64,000 bases of DNA, from the IMG/VR virus record IMGVR_UViG_3300042867_000160; one strand, 5' to 3'. The DNA comes from an uncultured virus (IMG/VR IMGVR_UViG_3300042867_000160). Lineage: Duplodnaviria > Heunggongvirae > Uroviricota > Caudoviricetes. This document shows positions 22,701 through 29,667 of the stretch, in pieces (position 1 is the first letter of the stretch; each line of letters begins with the position of its first letter). A program made the position numbers and the translations under genes. Below the pieces are notes generated by a model that did not search any database, had not been told where the DNA came from, and saw only the letters and a list, made by a program, of their open reading frames with translations.

Positions 22701-23360
22701 AGTTCTTGCATCCATAAGTGCATTGACACCAAAGGCAACACCTTTCAATGCAGAGTTCATGATATTACCAGACACCATAGCACCTACAGCATATCCAGAA
22801 TTCTTTATTAGTTTATCAAATAAGAAGTTAGCAGTTAATAAATTATCTGTAGATAAGAAGTCAGCATTCTTTTCTTTATCTTCATAATAGTTAGGAAGAT
22901 ACTCTTGATCAACTTTATTATTCCACTCATCCAAACTTTTCATCACTGGGTTTTCCCAAATGTCAGAAAGCTTTCCTCCAGGCAATGCCCATTGTATAGC
23001 ACCACCAACCATACCAAATCCTCCAGCTACAGTGGTAGCTGCTAGATTCAAACCTTTTAAAACACCATTAACTCCTTTACTAAGAATACTTTGTTGTGCT
23101 CCCCAGATATCTTCATTGTTTGCACCATATACAACTTGATCATATCTACCAGTTAAGTCTCCTTGTACATCAGATAACTTAGGTGCTGTGGGCTCAATCA
23201 AGTTTGGATCCTTACTACCATCGATGAATTTTCCAAAATCATCTAATGTAGTTAGACCTTTTGTTTGAAGAGTTTGACCAAGATCCACACTCGTTACCCC
23301 TATTAAATTAGGTGCAGAAGGTTTAGCAATATAAGGACTTCCATATATATTATCTGGCAT
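10710..23360 (-). CDS. crAss-type virion RNA polymerase polyprotein (membrane-like N-terminus, zincin protease, two-barrel RNAP, ASCH-like domain)
   Basis: 4216 aa. RIPNQ at ~14346-14360 and catalytic AGSDFDIDKL at ~14223-14252 match the DFDID motif of phi14:2 gp66. HEFVH at 18531-18545. TTFDAILNGERTATTRY at ~11650-11703. Confidence 0.93.
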   Translation of the reverse strand: MPDNIYGSPYIAKPSAPNLIGVTSVDLGQTLQTKGLTTLDDFGKFIDGSKDPNLIEPTAPKLSDVQGDLTGRYDQVVYGANNEDIWGAQQSILSKGVNGVLKGLNLAATTVAGGFGMVGGAIQWALPGGKLSDIWENPVMKSLDEWNNKVDQEYLPNYYEDKEKNADFLSTDNLLTANFLFDKLIKNSGYAVGAMVSGNIMNSALKGVAFGVNALMDARTAGSAAAQSFKTYSPLLRNISRAFSAGKNAEAAALLEGGIANIGDIELLSAELANIGSTTNKIANIGDKVRRTAIAAYSSAGEASFEAMQTAKQYRDTLIQQYKDDHFGIEPTGADLARIEESQRSVGATSFIGNLALLGVTEYAQLNKLLGSSYSAEKQAANSLMGKVAETVIDKNGKYIAREAITKFGKITEGALKVGKFVFDPKEALQENLQYALEIGTQNYFNKAYQGKDAQVLLDGAWYGLVGKDKYGKGVGSLLSKEGLEGTLLGGITGGGMQAIANFNESKQIANNTAIHLQELNNAPTFKAAFVDRMGSVNRGVKLQEEEQDAVVAGDILEAKDRKADQMHNYLATRIKYGRFDMVKLDMQDLYRISSTLEGLSNLKEEGVANVNDTVESFQKRLLTFEKVANDTNEIYKSLDLRYSGMVNKKGELVYSPEIIDKLAYAASKISNYDRRIPEVNAKLDLAGVYTGDMFEKIMDGLIPTAEAKKQAYAFIDKRNIAPEEKTTLKLALDDVVEMALRRKLYMNEYEEIKKNPDKWKTGDQGTSAQEVTDSEGEVVPPPAAAQPVTSTEPAAEEPVVEVPVVVAPTAKYTNKNGKLEDFEVGREYTNDNPSNPLQKFKVTKINDDGTVEIELPDGSTATYDPAVFVGYDKVRTGKDAIVDIASEIKEIQDELEDKFDINTGFESDEYIDEKEGALPAADVLFLRTTTSGIRRYGMEGLPINITHYNEFTNNVDDFANRKNVRYVYVTYNQQATLGLSGLAELSWRKDPGFVATKDWIDSITEPEDGLVMAVFVESDNGTLFLIDKEGKRIKNQNGSDAVLGNANNNFNITQTIFSATPTTKGKGRASDDPALIEHYRKEWKDKRKSLFANQYLPGQAIESYEFGLSKGFAVSVPGEVQRNAISKVFDKIKQSVISGTQGLIQISTLGTITHKDGINYKFAKGRPVLTYGDKLQYLQNDKFNENQAITIAEVLKNLNDVLVNPSLSKDQKIKESNKLTTYLKGVLFWTSKKVTHNSFFINYNTGNIVIAGKEYDFSNIEASKAEIVDALKNIYSNTSNELLTKFFNEPFYEQYWDGKQLQERKWKNYQTYLLSDVMPDNKTARKTTPPLTVNILVPTKDVPYAYEQKYAFPTNFKFAVPQAPAPQAAATPIPQSTGFNLTNTKPNPFVWAGIPFKFYTDGTNVTLDVKDPETLEKLLNFVTTNPALKDLEVADAASQVRAIVEDEIKKAVAAQITAQAPAPVATDPIADIERRRQQEMASAPQLAEIDNSTIEEAEQKIDTKYDAELAALQGDQQAAPQASKVGELVDLDEVLDNYGVSDIFKFISPILKGANIGVSFDAAHMGGNLPKVASIDTVDGKIILTINRSTFDRKSKADQKYIIAHEFVHGIIKIRLAEKGAGKETELYKGLDNVYQDVLTYYHNAVSGIDKNAAKVINDNFSKQKITYLRQMLDYIGGSVEEMATLGLTDPDMIKFLKLMPGTAPEYTKKNLFTQLVDLISKFIGISNSKFNDLLTFMSNQLEDVTSDSNVLDLSGSAQTYLNQPQAKQPRKKRNPFPVFDELSSQEKYYAVQDFTAKFYLTLFNNNMSLYNIDTTVANPIFKGIVDSYKIYGSELTDDQYMEIIDATKRNLAGLYVSFNEDEVVSINDESASDRLYAPEAFSIDLKKSTPYAVKILNSSLVRTDGKQSEDPTVLPQAKLNGKHGRVENTIELIPESEVYGVLVNKLVNVKDPDDFVNKLYQIALANPDYVQLFVRFGGDMRTGKVDFDLFQDSDFRLFISAMQTYTKSKPEMFIQYLKEDSTFRGAADLTTGANQVEKRWINNIILSSKIDSSIIKYDRTKKQYVVEDGEYDISGNEPDNMINFLNKLGITFTPSIYNKLNKDQKVKFGRAVAKIKADVTSGKTKGIVTLKKGKFKTLGNGISRLAEMFTAVEMPNQSNSIYNAEGKRINTLTESNAPSLFEYQFNSIMNLSEIEEKMPNLLDIFSASSDILKRGGFFFNEDGDRTLDEFGNINQLKVQVISGEIDTDESEGEGVYSMNQADRYVTEINQNVSGSYYILVPADASIQWMMNLGNRISYRQFATGRGMDETIEIMKGHLDADINLALDAKNREKLKNVKGKGRELRFFKDILPQDLLDDIDGLLKQKIDKKLSDKKFRSALDKLKADNATKIYDAIVDYFNNKTDETVNTLKDLKVVTLSSTDKNDVPYYTFNKLDTNFQEEVKNVSGVDTTNMTEEELRIVAEFLTTNFELNNIEFHKLIFGDPYQFAVKKNNGKTILEETKRVKMFVSPRKFSIDSPVLNNWMNESNIIDTGTEDIYLDDKDYGYHESKSFMNVSVIKEVEVISSLYPGIDTKEADAFSIMSPGLYKEVNRKNGQWSDEADAFHNWQMAYTRKRLAAKGIYKGYTDKPALKKYDEELTSTERPTFITSILKPIVSGDKYGKVTIDLAGHKMSQMPLYYDDVIEGTALEDLFIKMFTENRDYVVMESGSKVGTEEMYTLYKDGMVNNEPFNNLIQIPFNAYGIQVETGYKDKKGQTLGSQPTKIMTIDLFSGGEPIGATPERKEFIKNAVERHDNALKRLYNEAADSLLKSFDITFEDGKAVINNKTKLAELLKEELINEDASNNLIASLDINPETNDFRTPLESSPNYMQIVRLIYSIIHKRIVSPKMNGMSAVQAPVTLWENSEKGRRIALKTDDGYEEIDRARFDSLSDEEKKKVVLTDDTLKFYTEKEPWCEIYTTLPPQARALFSDKKKFPNDEEIVKYLNKQSPEALMGIGFRIPNQALNSNERFKIAGLLPDWMGTTVIVPSAITTKAGSDFDIDKLNMYLKSLYKDALGNIKTVEYKDSEEATKEFYGQVFDQLTEKEQRAIIKQMEQADSEDVELQEKLIGKQEKLNDKIANRQKYVDRKYREAIENEYYSSIDTLLALPENFKRLTTPNSTDTLMGIADEIDVLTGYDESKIKNRILDRNYMSFVRQAFVTSKQWIGISATATTGLSLRQKAGSFVDHIFKMSLPHNQTADGKVDLSQRFFKDTEDYISDILSESTSGFADAGTDPFIFKIIYSDQIVGSFMFLIGAGVNPRNAAMWLQQPIVKDFVTTADLDNKYILREMTYEDPVTKERSTLVQSILDKYSASESAVERTTDINIPNLDKNIGVTLTDDQKAEQLLILQEFFSIAKAANGLYIFQDSTNYDTTKFSNADDFRRKLMKTSNQYKFSDDSFRISSAKDLLNKTHLRTLVNALTRANLGVGAILRFNTPAYRSVINKVIDSYAVNDFVSPTKFSKIANKLSASLLDYIIQTNKAYNVGELVDGEDSVINKFQKAVEAHPELQILQDLEIIPGKTIVAPATISLKVPAETAADKNRYTEGLRELRDNDTTNDLYKDLVKLAIVQGTYKTKVSFKELIPEEDLSAELVQSINAPGVEDRLKDFYENARFQRTNFNDPDISPRINPPTDQILAGSFPAPFSGDMIDLYSFTTSISFGKRGEESVRDIIGLHPKSKGAAYDFVVVPRAINDKSGDMIDYETGYTVQGSDFAIEMQKDESAYSKVYGYQKIKYSDGSPVMVRMSENSQTLHAYKLVNLYGDGRFLTEYYNTLQKSELENGTVKLNTEYSNTAIVKWLAKQGKLAGFTQAPVAPAAQSEGNIEGQMTYVYGNNKRSDVSANTTFDAILNGERTATTRYASDGKLDYWKNVKVGDTITWKSGDNRTVDVIVTKALQPLVGSGKTAEQWSKLEGWSVNYFNNKVKPKLDGAWQIEFKLPESTQPAPVVETKPANIKVLEKLEMAKNKLEAFEVSTDGVFYNYFRGGARLKASSFDELVDRNLRSASTNGAYISKDGMPYDNLATSAFEASGMPMDNEYAVEALREFLTNYPDNWKTPYNNIINEIDSLEEQLGGREITVKVNKKDITIKPTGEMFFADGKPVTDTVLQNQASIAKEKRNETLRTSISGGFSFFILSDNKILLSGKNNVGKEYIADPEMMQRILDKAVIYKKTC

Positions 23361-23368
23361 CTGTATCT

Positions 23369-26029
23369 TTATTTATCTTTTTTTAAACTTTGTAAGTGTT
23401 GCACATATTGATTCTTAATCATATCTGCTGTGGCTCCTTTGTATATTTTTTCTAATGTATATTCGTCACCATATATATCACCATAGATCAATTCAAACTT
23501 ACTTGAATTAGGTGGTTTAATATAATACACCATTTGATAACCATTAGAGGTCTTTAGTGCATCTGCTCTAAAACGATAGTCACTATTCTGAGCACTTGGG
23601 TGTAGTAATTTATTCTCTTTAAAATAAGCACCTTTCCAAGCATCAGCATCTGTTACAAATCCATTCTTATTTGTAGAATTAGTATTCTCATTATATCTTA
23701 TTATATTTTCAATAGGCGTACTTTGATATTCACCAAAAACCTTACCTGTCATTTGACCTAGATCATCTGGAAGAACATCTTCAATTGTATGAACTCCACC
23801 TTCTTTATCTGTAATTGTTATAGTGCCTTTCCAATTTTCTGCTGCTGTAAGAGGTTTTGTAGCTTTCCAGTTAATAGCAGTTGGATCATTTGTAGCTGCT
23901 TTTAATTTAGTTAAATCTGTATCAGGTCCTAATTTTCTCATACCTGGAGCAGCATCTAAATATTGATTAACTATATCTATGCTGTTCTGTTTATTTTTAG
24001 TATCTAATGGTAATGATCCATCTGTAGCATCATTAGCACTTACATATTTTTTAAGCTCTTCGTTCCATGCTTTGTTATACTCCACTCTATTCTTTGATAC
24101 ATTCTGACCATTAGAACCTAATGATGGTGATAGTATACTATAATAGTTAGGACCATACTTTTGTACTAACTTTTGATGTGCTTTGCCTGTAGGTGTATTA
24201 GTAAGATTTCTAAAATTAGAATTTGAAGCTCCTCCCCATGCTAGTAAAAATGAATTTTGATCTTCTATATTTACTTCTGCAACACTTCCATTAGGTAGTT
24301 TAACTTTAGGAAAAGCTTTCTCTAATTTTTTTATAACAGCTTCTTGTGTTTTTGCACTTAGATATTTTTCATTATCTAATTCATCACTAAGCGTATTATA
24401 TTGATTTAATTTTTCATTAAGATTATTTGGAGGAACTAATCCTTTTTCAACATATTGATCTTGAAGATCTGTTGTCCAAGTATTTAAATATTCATCACGA
24501 GACTTACCATTAGCTTTTGCAAGTTTGTTAAGACTAGCTTCCACTTCTTTATCAGTCATCTTTGAATTATTATTCAGCTTACGTGTGTATTCTCCAAATA
24601 ATTTAAATGCTGTATTTTCTTTAGCTTTTGATAAACCATCTATTTTTCTAGCAACTGTATTAATTGCATAATCATCAGAAGGTTTATCACCAGGAACAGA
24701 TGGACTAAATACTACATCACTTGGATTGATTTCATCACCAGGCTTTGCTCTTAATCTCCACTGTCCAGTTTTAGGATCTTTATAATGTGTTGCTTCAAAG
24801 TCTGCGTCTTTTCTAAACTCATCACTAACTTTTAGTGCATAGTCTCTATTGCTATCTGCAATACGATTGTTTTCTACTAATACTTTAAATAAATAATCTT
24901 TATCTCTATCTTGTTGAGCTCTTCCAGGATTAGTGTCAAACGTAGATTCTTTACTTTCCTTTACAAATCTTTTAATTATATTATTTTTGTATTCACTTTC
25001 GTATAAACTTTGTTTGAAAGCATCAGGATTTTTAAAAGCATATTCATAAGATTGAGCAAATTGTTTATCACCTTCTACTTTATTTAATTCTAATTCGTTA
25101 AGTTGTTTTGAATATAGTTCTCTATCTTCTTTTGATAAATTTTTAGCATCTAATAACGCAGTGATGTTTAATCTATCTTGCTCACTCTGAGCATCCATTT
25201 GTTCATGTTGAGCAACTAGTTTTCCAACTAAAGGCTCTACAGGAACATCTTTATAATTAACTGAACCATCAATCCTTAATTGTCTTTGAACGTCCCCTCT
25301 TTTAAATACATTATTAATTACTCCTAGAACTGCTTCCTTATTACTTGTAAGCTTCTCTATTGTTTTTACATCTGCATACTGATATTCATACTCACCTGTT
25401 TGATAAGTGTTTCCTGTTTTAGGATCTGTAGCTGTCTTGTAGAATTTTTTAGGCTTACCATTTTCTGTCATTAGAATGGTTTGTGCAATCCTAGAATCCT
25501 CACCAATACCAGTTAAGCTATCTCCAAGAATTTTCATGATATCTGTATATGGAACATATGCTCCATTAAAAGAAGATTCATTAGAACCATCACTTAACCA
25601 TTTGTTAGCTTCATCAGTAAATACCTTTTCATTATTATAATCTGACTTGCCAGCCTTTCTTGCTTCATCAAGATCAGCTTGTCCTTTTCTAAGACGTTGC
25701 GTAGAACTTACAGCATTTTGTATAATGGGATCTTTGATAAGCTGTGTAGCCATACCACCAACAGAGTTAACTAACTGTTGATTAGAGAAGTCTCCAGCAG
25801 CAACGCCCTTAAGATTACTTCCTAATTCGTTTAGCTTAGACTGAAGATATTCTTTCTGAGGACCTTTAGCTACGTCTAATCCAGCTATGTTATCTATGTA
25901 ACCTTGGATCTTTTGTACACCCTCGTCGTACTTTTGTTGCTTGTACATACCAACTCTAACCATCGCATCAACTGGAAGTTGTTGGACGTAAGGGTTAAAT
26001 TGGGTTATTGCGTCGGTGAATGAAGCCAT
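23369..26029 (-). CDS. Putative ejected/cargo virion protein preceding the vRNAP
   Basis: 886 aa. N-terminus FNPYVQQLPVDAMVRVGMYKQQKYD followed by coiled-coil-like sequence. First gene of the three-gene giant-protein block typical of crAss-like phages, with its own promoter. Confidence 0.7.
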   Translation of the reverse strand: MASFTDAITQFNPYVQQLPVDAMVRVGMYKQQKYDEGVQKIQGYIDNIAGLDVAKGPQKEYLQSKLNELGSNLKGVAAGDFSNQQLVNSVGGMATQLIKDPIIQNAVSSTQRLRKGQADLDEARKAGKSDYNNEKVFTDEANKWLSDGSNESSFNGAYVPYTDIMKILGDSLTGIGEDSRIAQTILMTENGKPKKFYKTATDPKTGNTYQTGEYEYQYADVKTIEKLTSNKEAVLGVINNVFKRGDVQRQLRIDGSVNYKDVPVEPLVGKLVAQHEQMDAQSEQDRLNITALLDAKNLSKEDRELYSKQLNELELNKVEGDKQFAQSYEYAFKNPDAFKQSLYESEYKNNIIKRFVKESKESTFDTNPGRAQQDRDKDYLFKVLVENNRIADSNRDYALKVSDEFRKDADFEATHYKDPKTGQWRLRAKPGDEINPSDVVFSPSVPGDKPSDDYAINTVARKIDGLSKAKENTAFKLFGEYTRKLNNNSKMTDKEVEASLNKLAKANGKSRDEYLNTWTTDLQDQYVEKGLVPPNNLNEKLNQYNTLSDELDNEKYLSAKTQEAVIKKLEKAFPKVKLPNGSVAEVNIEDQNSFLLAWGGASNSNFRNLTNTPTGKAHQKLVQKYGPNYYSILSPSLGSNGQNVSKNRVEYNKAWNEELKKYVSANDATDGSLPLDTKNKQNSIDIVNQYLDAAPGMRKLGPDTDLTKLKAATNDPTAINWKATKPLTAAENWKGTITITDKEGGVHTIEDVLPDDLGQMTGKVFGEYQSTPIENIIRYNENTNSTNKNGFVTDADAWKGAYFKENKLLHPSAQNSDYRFRADALKTSNGYQMVYYIKPPNSSKFELIYGDIYGDEYTLEKIYKGATADMIKNQYVQHLQSLKKDK

Positions 26030-26045
26030 GAGTGAGTATAATTAA

Positions 26046-26076
26046 CAAATATAATTTAAAATATTACATATACAAA
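26046..26076 (-). promoter_or_regulatory. Bacteroidota primary-sigma promoter (TTTG-N19-TATATTTG) for the vRNAP block
   Basis: Minus strand TTTG at 26076-26073, 19-nt spacer, TATATTTG at 26053-26046, 16 nt before the ATG. Perfect match to the -33/-7 consensus. Confidence 0.85.
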
Positions 26077-26117
26077 GACTACTAACAAAAGTTGGTAATC
26101 TTGTATAATCAATTCGA

Positions 26118-29100
26118 TTAGAGTTCATGCATAGATTTTACAATTCCTCCTTGTCCAAAACTAGTAGGCTTAGCTACTTTTGCTTTTCTAGCTTCATCAA
26201 CTGCTTTCCTTATTTCTAATGGTGTCAATTCAGTTAATGATGTAGCACCATTGCCAACATTTGGAATATTGTAATTTGCAATGTTTGTGTTATAAGCTTG
26301 ACCGTTTGGACCAAACCTATAACCATACTGGTTTTCATATATCCCTAATTCTTTATTCTCAAATTTATTCTTAAGAATCTTATCAGAAATAGATTTAAGT
26401 GCAGTGACTGCTTGTTCTTTAGTTTTAGACTTAGCAGTTTGTTGTCTTACATACTGCTCATCCATAATACCAAGATTCATCTTATTAGCTTCGTTCAATA
26501 CTTGTCTGTTAGTTTCAGCAACACGTTGCTTCTCTCCTTGATTAAGTCTAAACTCTTCACCTTTTATTTTATTCTTAGCATCGTATGCTTGAGAAGCAAT
26601 CATAGCAAGTGCTTCAGGATTACCTCTAGCCAGTCTTTCAGCAGCACGTGTTTGTGCTGTCACCTCATTCATTTGATCTTGTAAACTAATTTGAATACCT
26701 TGAGATAAATAAGGAACAAACTTCTGAGCTTGTACAGGTTCTAATTGATTTGTAGCCAAAGCAAACATCTCACCAGTAAAAGCCTCAGGATCTATAGGTC
26801 TTTGATTACTAGGTCTTAAGTAAGGAAGTGCAGATTCTAAACCTGTAAATAAGTTATTACCAAATCTCTCTAATCCTTTTGAAAATCCTGAACCAGAGTT
26901 ACCTGCTCTAGGAGAAGAAGGAGAAGTTTGTTCTATAGGAGAATAGTCTTCTACAGGAGAATAGTCTTGTTGCATTTGTTGTTGAGCCTGTGGTTGCATT
27001 TGTTGCATCTGTGGGCTTTGAGCTTGTTGGGTTAGTTGTTGTTTAGGACTTCCATCGTAATTATATAATTTTAAATACTCATTATCAGGTAGCCATTGTT
27101 TGTTTATTGCGTCGTATACGGTAGTGTTACCAATATCATCAACTTGTCTTTGACCTTGTCTTTGACCTTGTTGTTCTATTGGTGTGTATTCTGAATCAGG
27201 CATATAATAATTACTTTGCTCATCCATAGGAGAAGGGAATCCTGATGCACTAGCAACAGATGGTTGATACTCAGAAGAACTTTGTATTGGTTCATACTCT
27301 AAATCAGACATGTAGTAGTCACCACTGTTATTCATAGGAGAAGGAAACACTGGAGCATTAGCAGCTCTCTTAGGAGCTAGTAATGCTTGATTGCGTCTGT
27401 TCACTTCTAAATCAAGTGCATCAAATACAGGTGGCTGTGTAACAGGTGCAGCACTTTGTGGAGGAGTATTAACGTATCCAGGTTGTTTATATACAGGAAC
27501 CTTTCTAGGAGCATTTAAGTCTGCTCTTCTAGCTTTAGGTTTTACATATAAATCTGATGCGTTCTTCTTTGCCCGTGGAGTTCCAAAGTTATCGCTAATA
27601 AAATCTTTAGCTTCTCCTGCAGCATCTTTAATACTTTCATATGTACTACCTACTGCATTTCTAAAACGATCAGCCAGACCAGTTCCTGAATCTTTTCCAA
27701 AATGAACGTGAGGACCACTTCCACCTGTTTGTCTTCTAATCTTAGGATCATATTCATTAATTGCTGTTAAACCTTTATCCATCATGTATTTAACAATATC
27801 TGCATCTTTAGTTAATGCTTCATATGCTTTTGATCCTAACTTAGGGAACTGTACATCAACTGCTTCACCTGCACCATGTCTAGAATCATTACCTGATTTA
27901 GTCTTTGCTCCTTTTCTTAATCCAGATGTAACTTGTAAATCATATCCTTTTCTTTTCAATAGATTAATTAATCCAGATACAGCAGGGTCTAATCCTGACA
28001 AGTTTGTTCCATTTGCAGCAGTGGTTAACTTAGCACCAAATGCAGCTTTCTTTAATACTCCACCATACTTAGCTGTACCCATCTCCTCATCAGTTTCATT
28101 AATTGCAGTTTGTACAGCAGCAGCATTAGTGATATGTTTAGCAAGATACATGTTCTGCATCTCTATACCTTCTAATGTTTTTTCAATTGCATTTGCTCTT
28201 AGCTTTGCAATAGGACCGTCAAGTTCAAGATTGGCAGCTTCTTCTTTAGCATTCATTTCTTGTTTATTCAACTTCTTCTGTAACTTAGATTTTTGATTAA
28301 AGTAATGTTTAAATGTTGTTCCTATTTTTATATCTGAATCCTCAATAGCTTTCTTAGCCCATCCTTGAATTTTCTCTGCTCCAAATATATAAGCAGATTT
28401 ACTAGGCTCTCCTGTTGATGGATCAATCTTTCCACCATTAGCAAGTTCTACAATACCTTCATAATTTTCAGCTTCTATTCTCCTATCACCATACTGTACA
28501 CCAATACCTTTTTGTCCTGGTGCATCTTTTGCAGCTTGTGAATGATACCCACCAGAAAATATACCTAATGGTCCAACGTAAGGATTGACCCCACCATCTT
28601 TTATACCACCACCCCATAAAGTTTGCAACTGTCCACCTTCTCCAAAAGTTTGTAATGCTTCTGCACTAGGAGGTGTATACTGTTGAAGATGTCCACCTGC
28701 ACGATACTCAGGCATACCATCATGAGCAAATGAATGTACTTGAGATACGTCAAGATCACCAAACTTTGTTATCACTTGTGGTTGCCAATCATGACTCACC
28801 CATCCTCCATTTTTTAAATTAGCAGAAAACTGCCCAGCGTTAATATTCTGAAGTGCACTAGAAGCTAAGTTATTAAAGAATGGAGTTCGTTTTTTTGCCA
28901 TCATACCTGCTTGCTCATTAGCTTCAGTTTTACCCATAAAGTTAACAACTAGACCAAGTCCAGGTATATTTTCTGTAGCGCTTGAGGCAGCTTGCCATCC
29001 TGGACTCATCTCACCTGTAACACCATCATTATTCCATCCAGCATTAACGTCAGCTAATTGCCCACCAATTCCATATTGTTTTGGATTAGTGTTTCCAAGA

Positions 29101-29666
29101 TCTGTATAGAGATCACCTACATTATACATGTTCTGAATCTCTGTAGGATTACCACCAACCTTTGCACCTTTCTTTGCAGAAATTCCTTTTGGGGTAGCTC
29201 CTGTAACAAGTTGATTTTCAGGACGAAGATAATTAGGCTTTTGTTGTTTCTTTGGTGGAATTGAACCAATTAATTTACTTAGGTCTAAATACTGATCTAG
29301 TTTTTTATTGTAAATAGAACTAGCTTGAGCATCTTGAGCAGCTCCAATAACAGTGCCTGCCAACTTTGCATAATCAAATCCTTTTCCACTACCACCTGAA
29401 ACAGGAGGATTAGTTCCGTAACCAAGAGAAGCCGCATCTGATTTACTAACTTGACCTGATAGATTATCAAGTTGTCCTTGACTGTTAATAAAAGATGTAT
29501 TAGGCATTCCACCTGTACCCTCGAGACCAGGAATTAAACTAGCACCATCTTGAGCTTTCTTTAACTCTTTACCATGCTTCTTCATGAACGCTGCCTCTGT
29601 AGGAAACTTCTTGTAGAACTCTTTCTCAGTTTTTACACCTGCTAATTTTAAGATTTGAGCTTTCAT
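26118..29666 (-). CDS. Cargo protein 1-like virion protein with peptidase M15 (DD-peptidase/Hedgehog fold) domain and PhixxGG repeats
   Basis: 1182 aa. VTSGLR...SRHGAGEAVD...GPHVHFG gives the M15 Zn ligand pattern. About 11 PhixxG[GAT] motifs, a Q/P-rich linker and a C-terminal coiled coil. Lies between the muzzle and the vRNAP block. Confidence 0.75.
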   Translation of the reverse strand: MKAQILKLAGVKTEKEFYKKFPTEAAFMKKHGKELKKAQDGASLIPGLEGTGGMPNTSFINSQGQLDNLSGQVSKSDAASLGYGTNPPVSGGSGKGFDYAKLAGTVIGAAQDAQASSIYNKKLDQYLDLSKLIGSIPPKKQQKPNYLRPENQLVTGATPKGISAKKGAKVGGNPTEIQNMYNVGDLYTDLGNTNPKQYGIGGQLADVNAGWNNDGVTGEMSPGWQAASSATENIPGLGLVVNFMGKTEANEQAGMMAKKRTPFFNNLASSALQNINAGQFSANLKNGGWVSHDWQPQVITKFGDLDVSQVHSFAHDGMPEYRAGGHLQQYTPPSAEALQTFGEGGQLQTLWGGGIKDGGVNPYVGPLGIFSGGYHSQAAKDAPGQKGIGVQYGDRRIEAENYEGIVELANGGKIDPSTGEPSKSAYIFGAEKIQGWAKKAIEDSDIKIGTTFKHYFNQKSKLQKKLNKQEMNAKEEAANLELDGPIAKLRANAIEKTLEGIEMQNMYLAKHITNAAAVQTAINETDEEMGTAKYGGVLKKAAFGAKLTTAANGTNLSGLDPAVSGLINLLKRKGYDLQVTSGLRKGAKTKSGNDSRHGAGEAVDVQFPKLGSKAYEALTKDADIVKYMMDKGLTAINEYDPKIRRQTGGSGPHVHFGKDSGTGLADRFRNAVGSTYESIKDAAGEAKDFISDNFGTPRAKKNASDLYVKPKARRADLNAPRKVPVYKQPGYVNTPPQSAAPVTQPPVFDALDLEVNRRNQALLAPKRAANAPVFPSPMNNSGDYYMSDLEYEPIQSSSEYQPSVASASGFPSPMDEQSNYYMPDSEYTPIEQQGQRQGQRQVDDIGNTTVYDAINKQWLPDNEYLKLYNYDGSPKQQLTQQAQSPQMQQMQPQAQQQMQQDYSPVEDYSPIEQTSPSSPRAGNSGSGFSKGLERFGNNLFTGLESALPYLRPSNQRPIDPEAFTGEMFALATNQLEPVQAQKFVPYLSQGIQISLQDQMNEVTAQTRAAERLARGNPEALAMIASQAYDAKNKIKGEEFRLNQGEKQRVAETNRQVLNEANKMNLGIMDEQYVRQQTAKSKTKEQAVTALKSISDKILKNKFENKELGIYENQYGYRFGPNGQAYNTNIANYNIPNVGNGATSLTELTPLEIRKAVDEARKAKVAKPTSFGQGGIVKSMHEL

Positions 29667-29667
29667 A

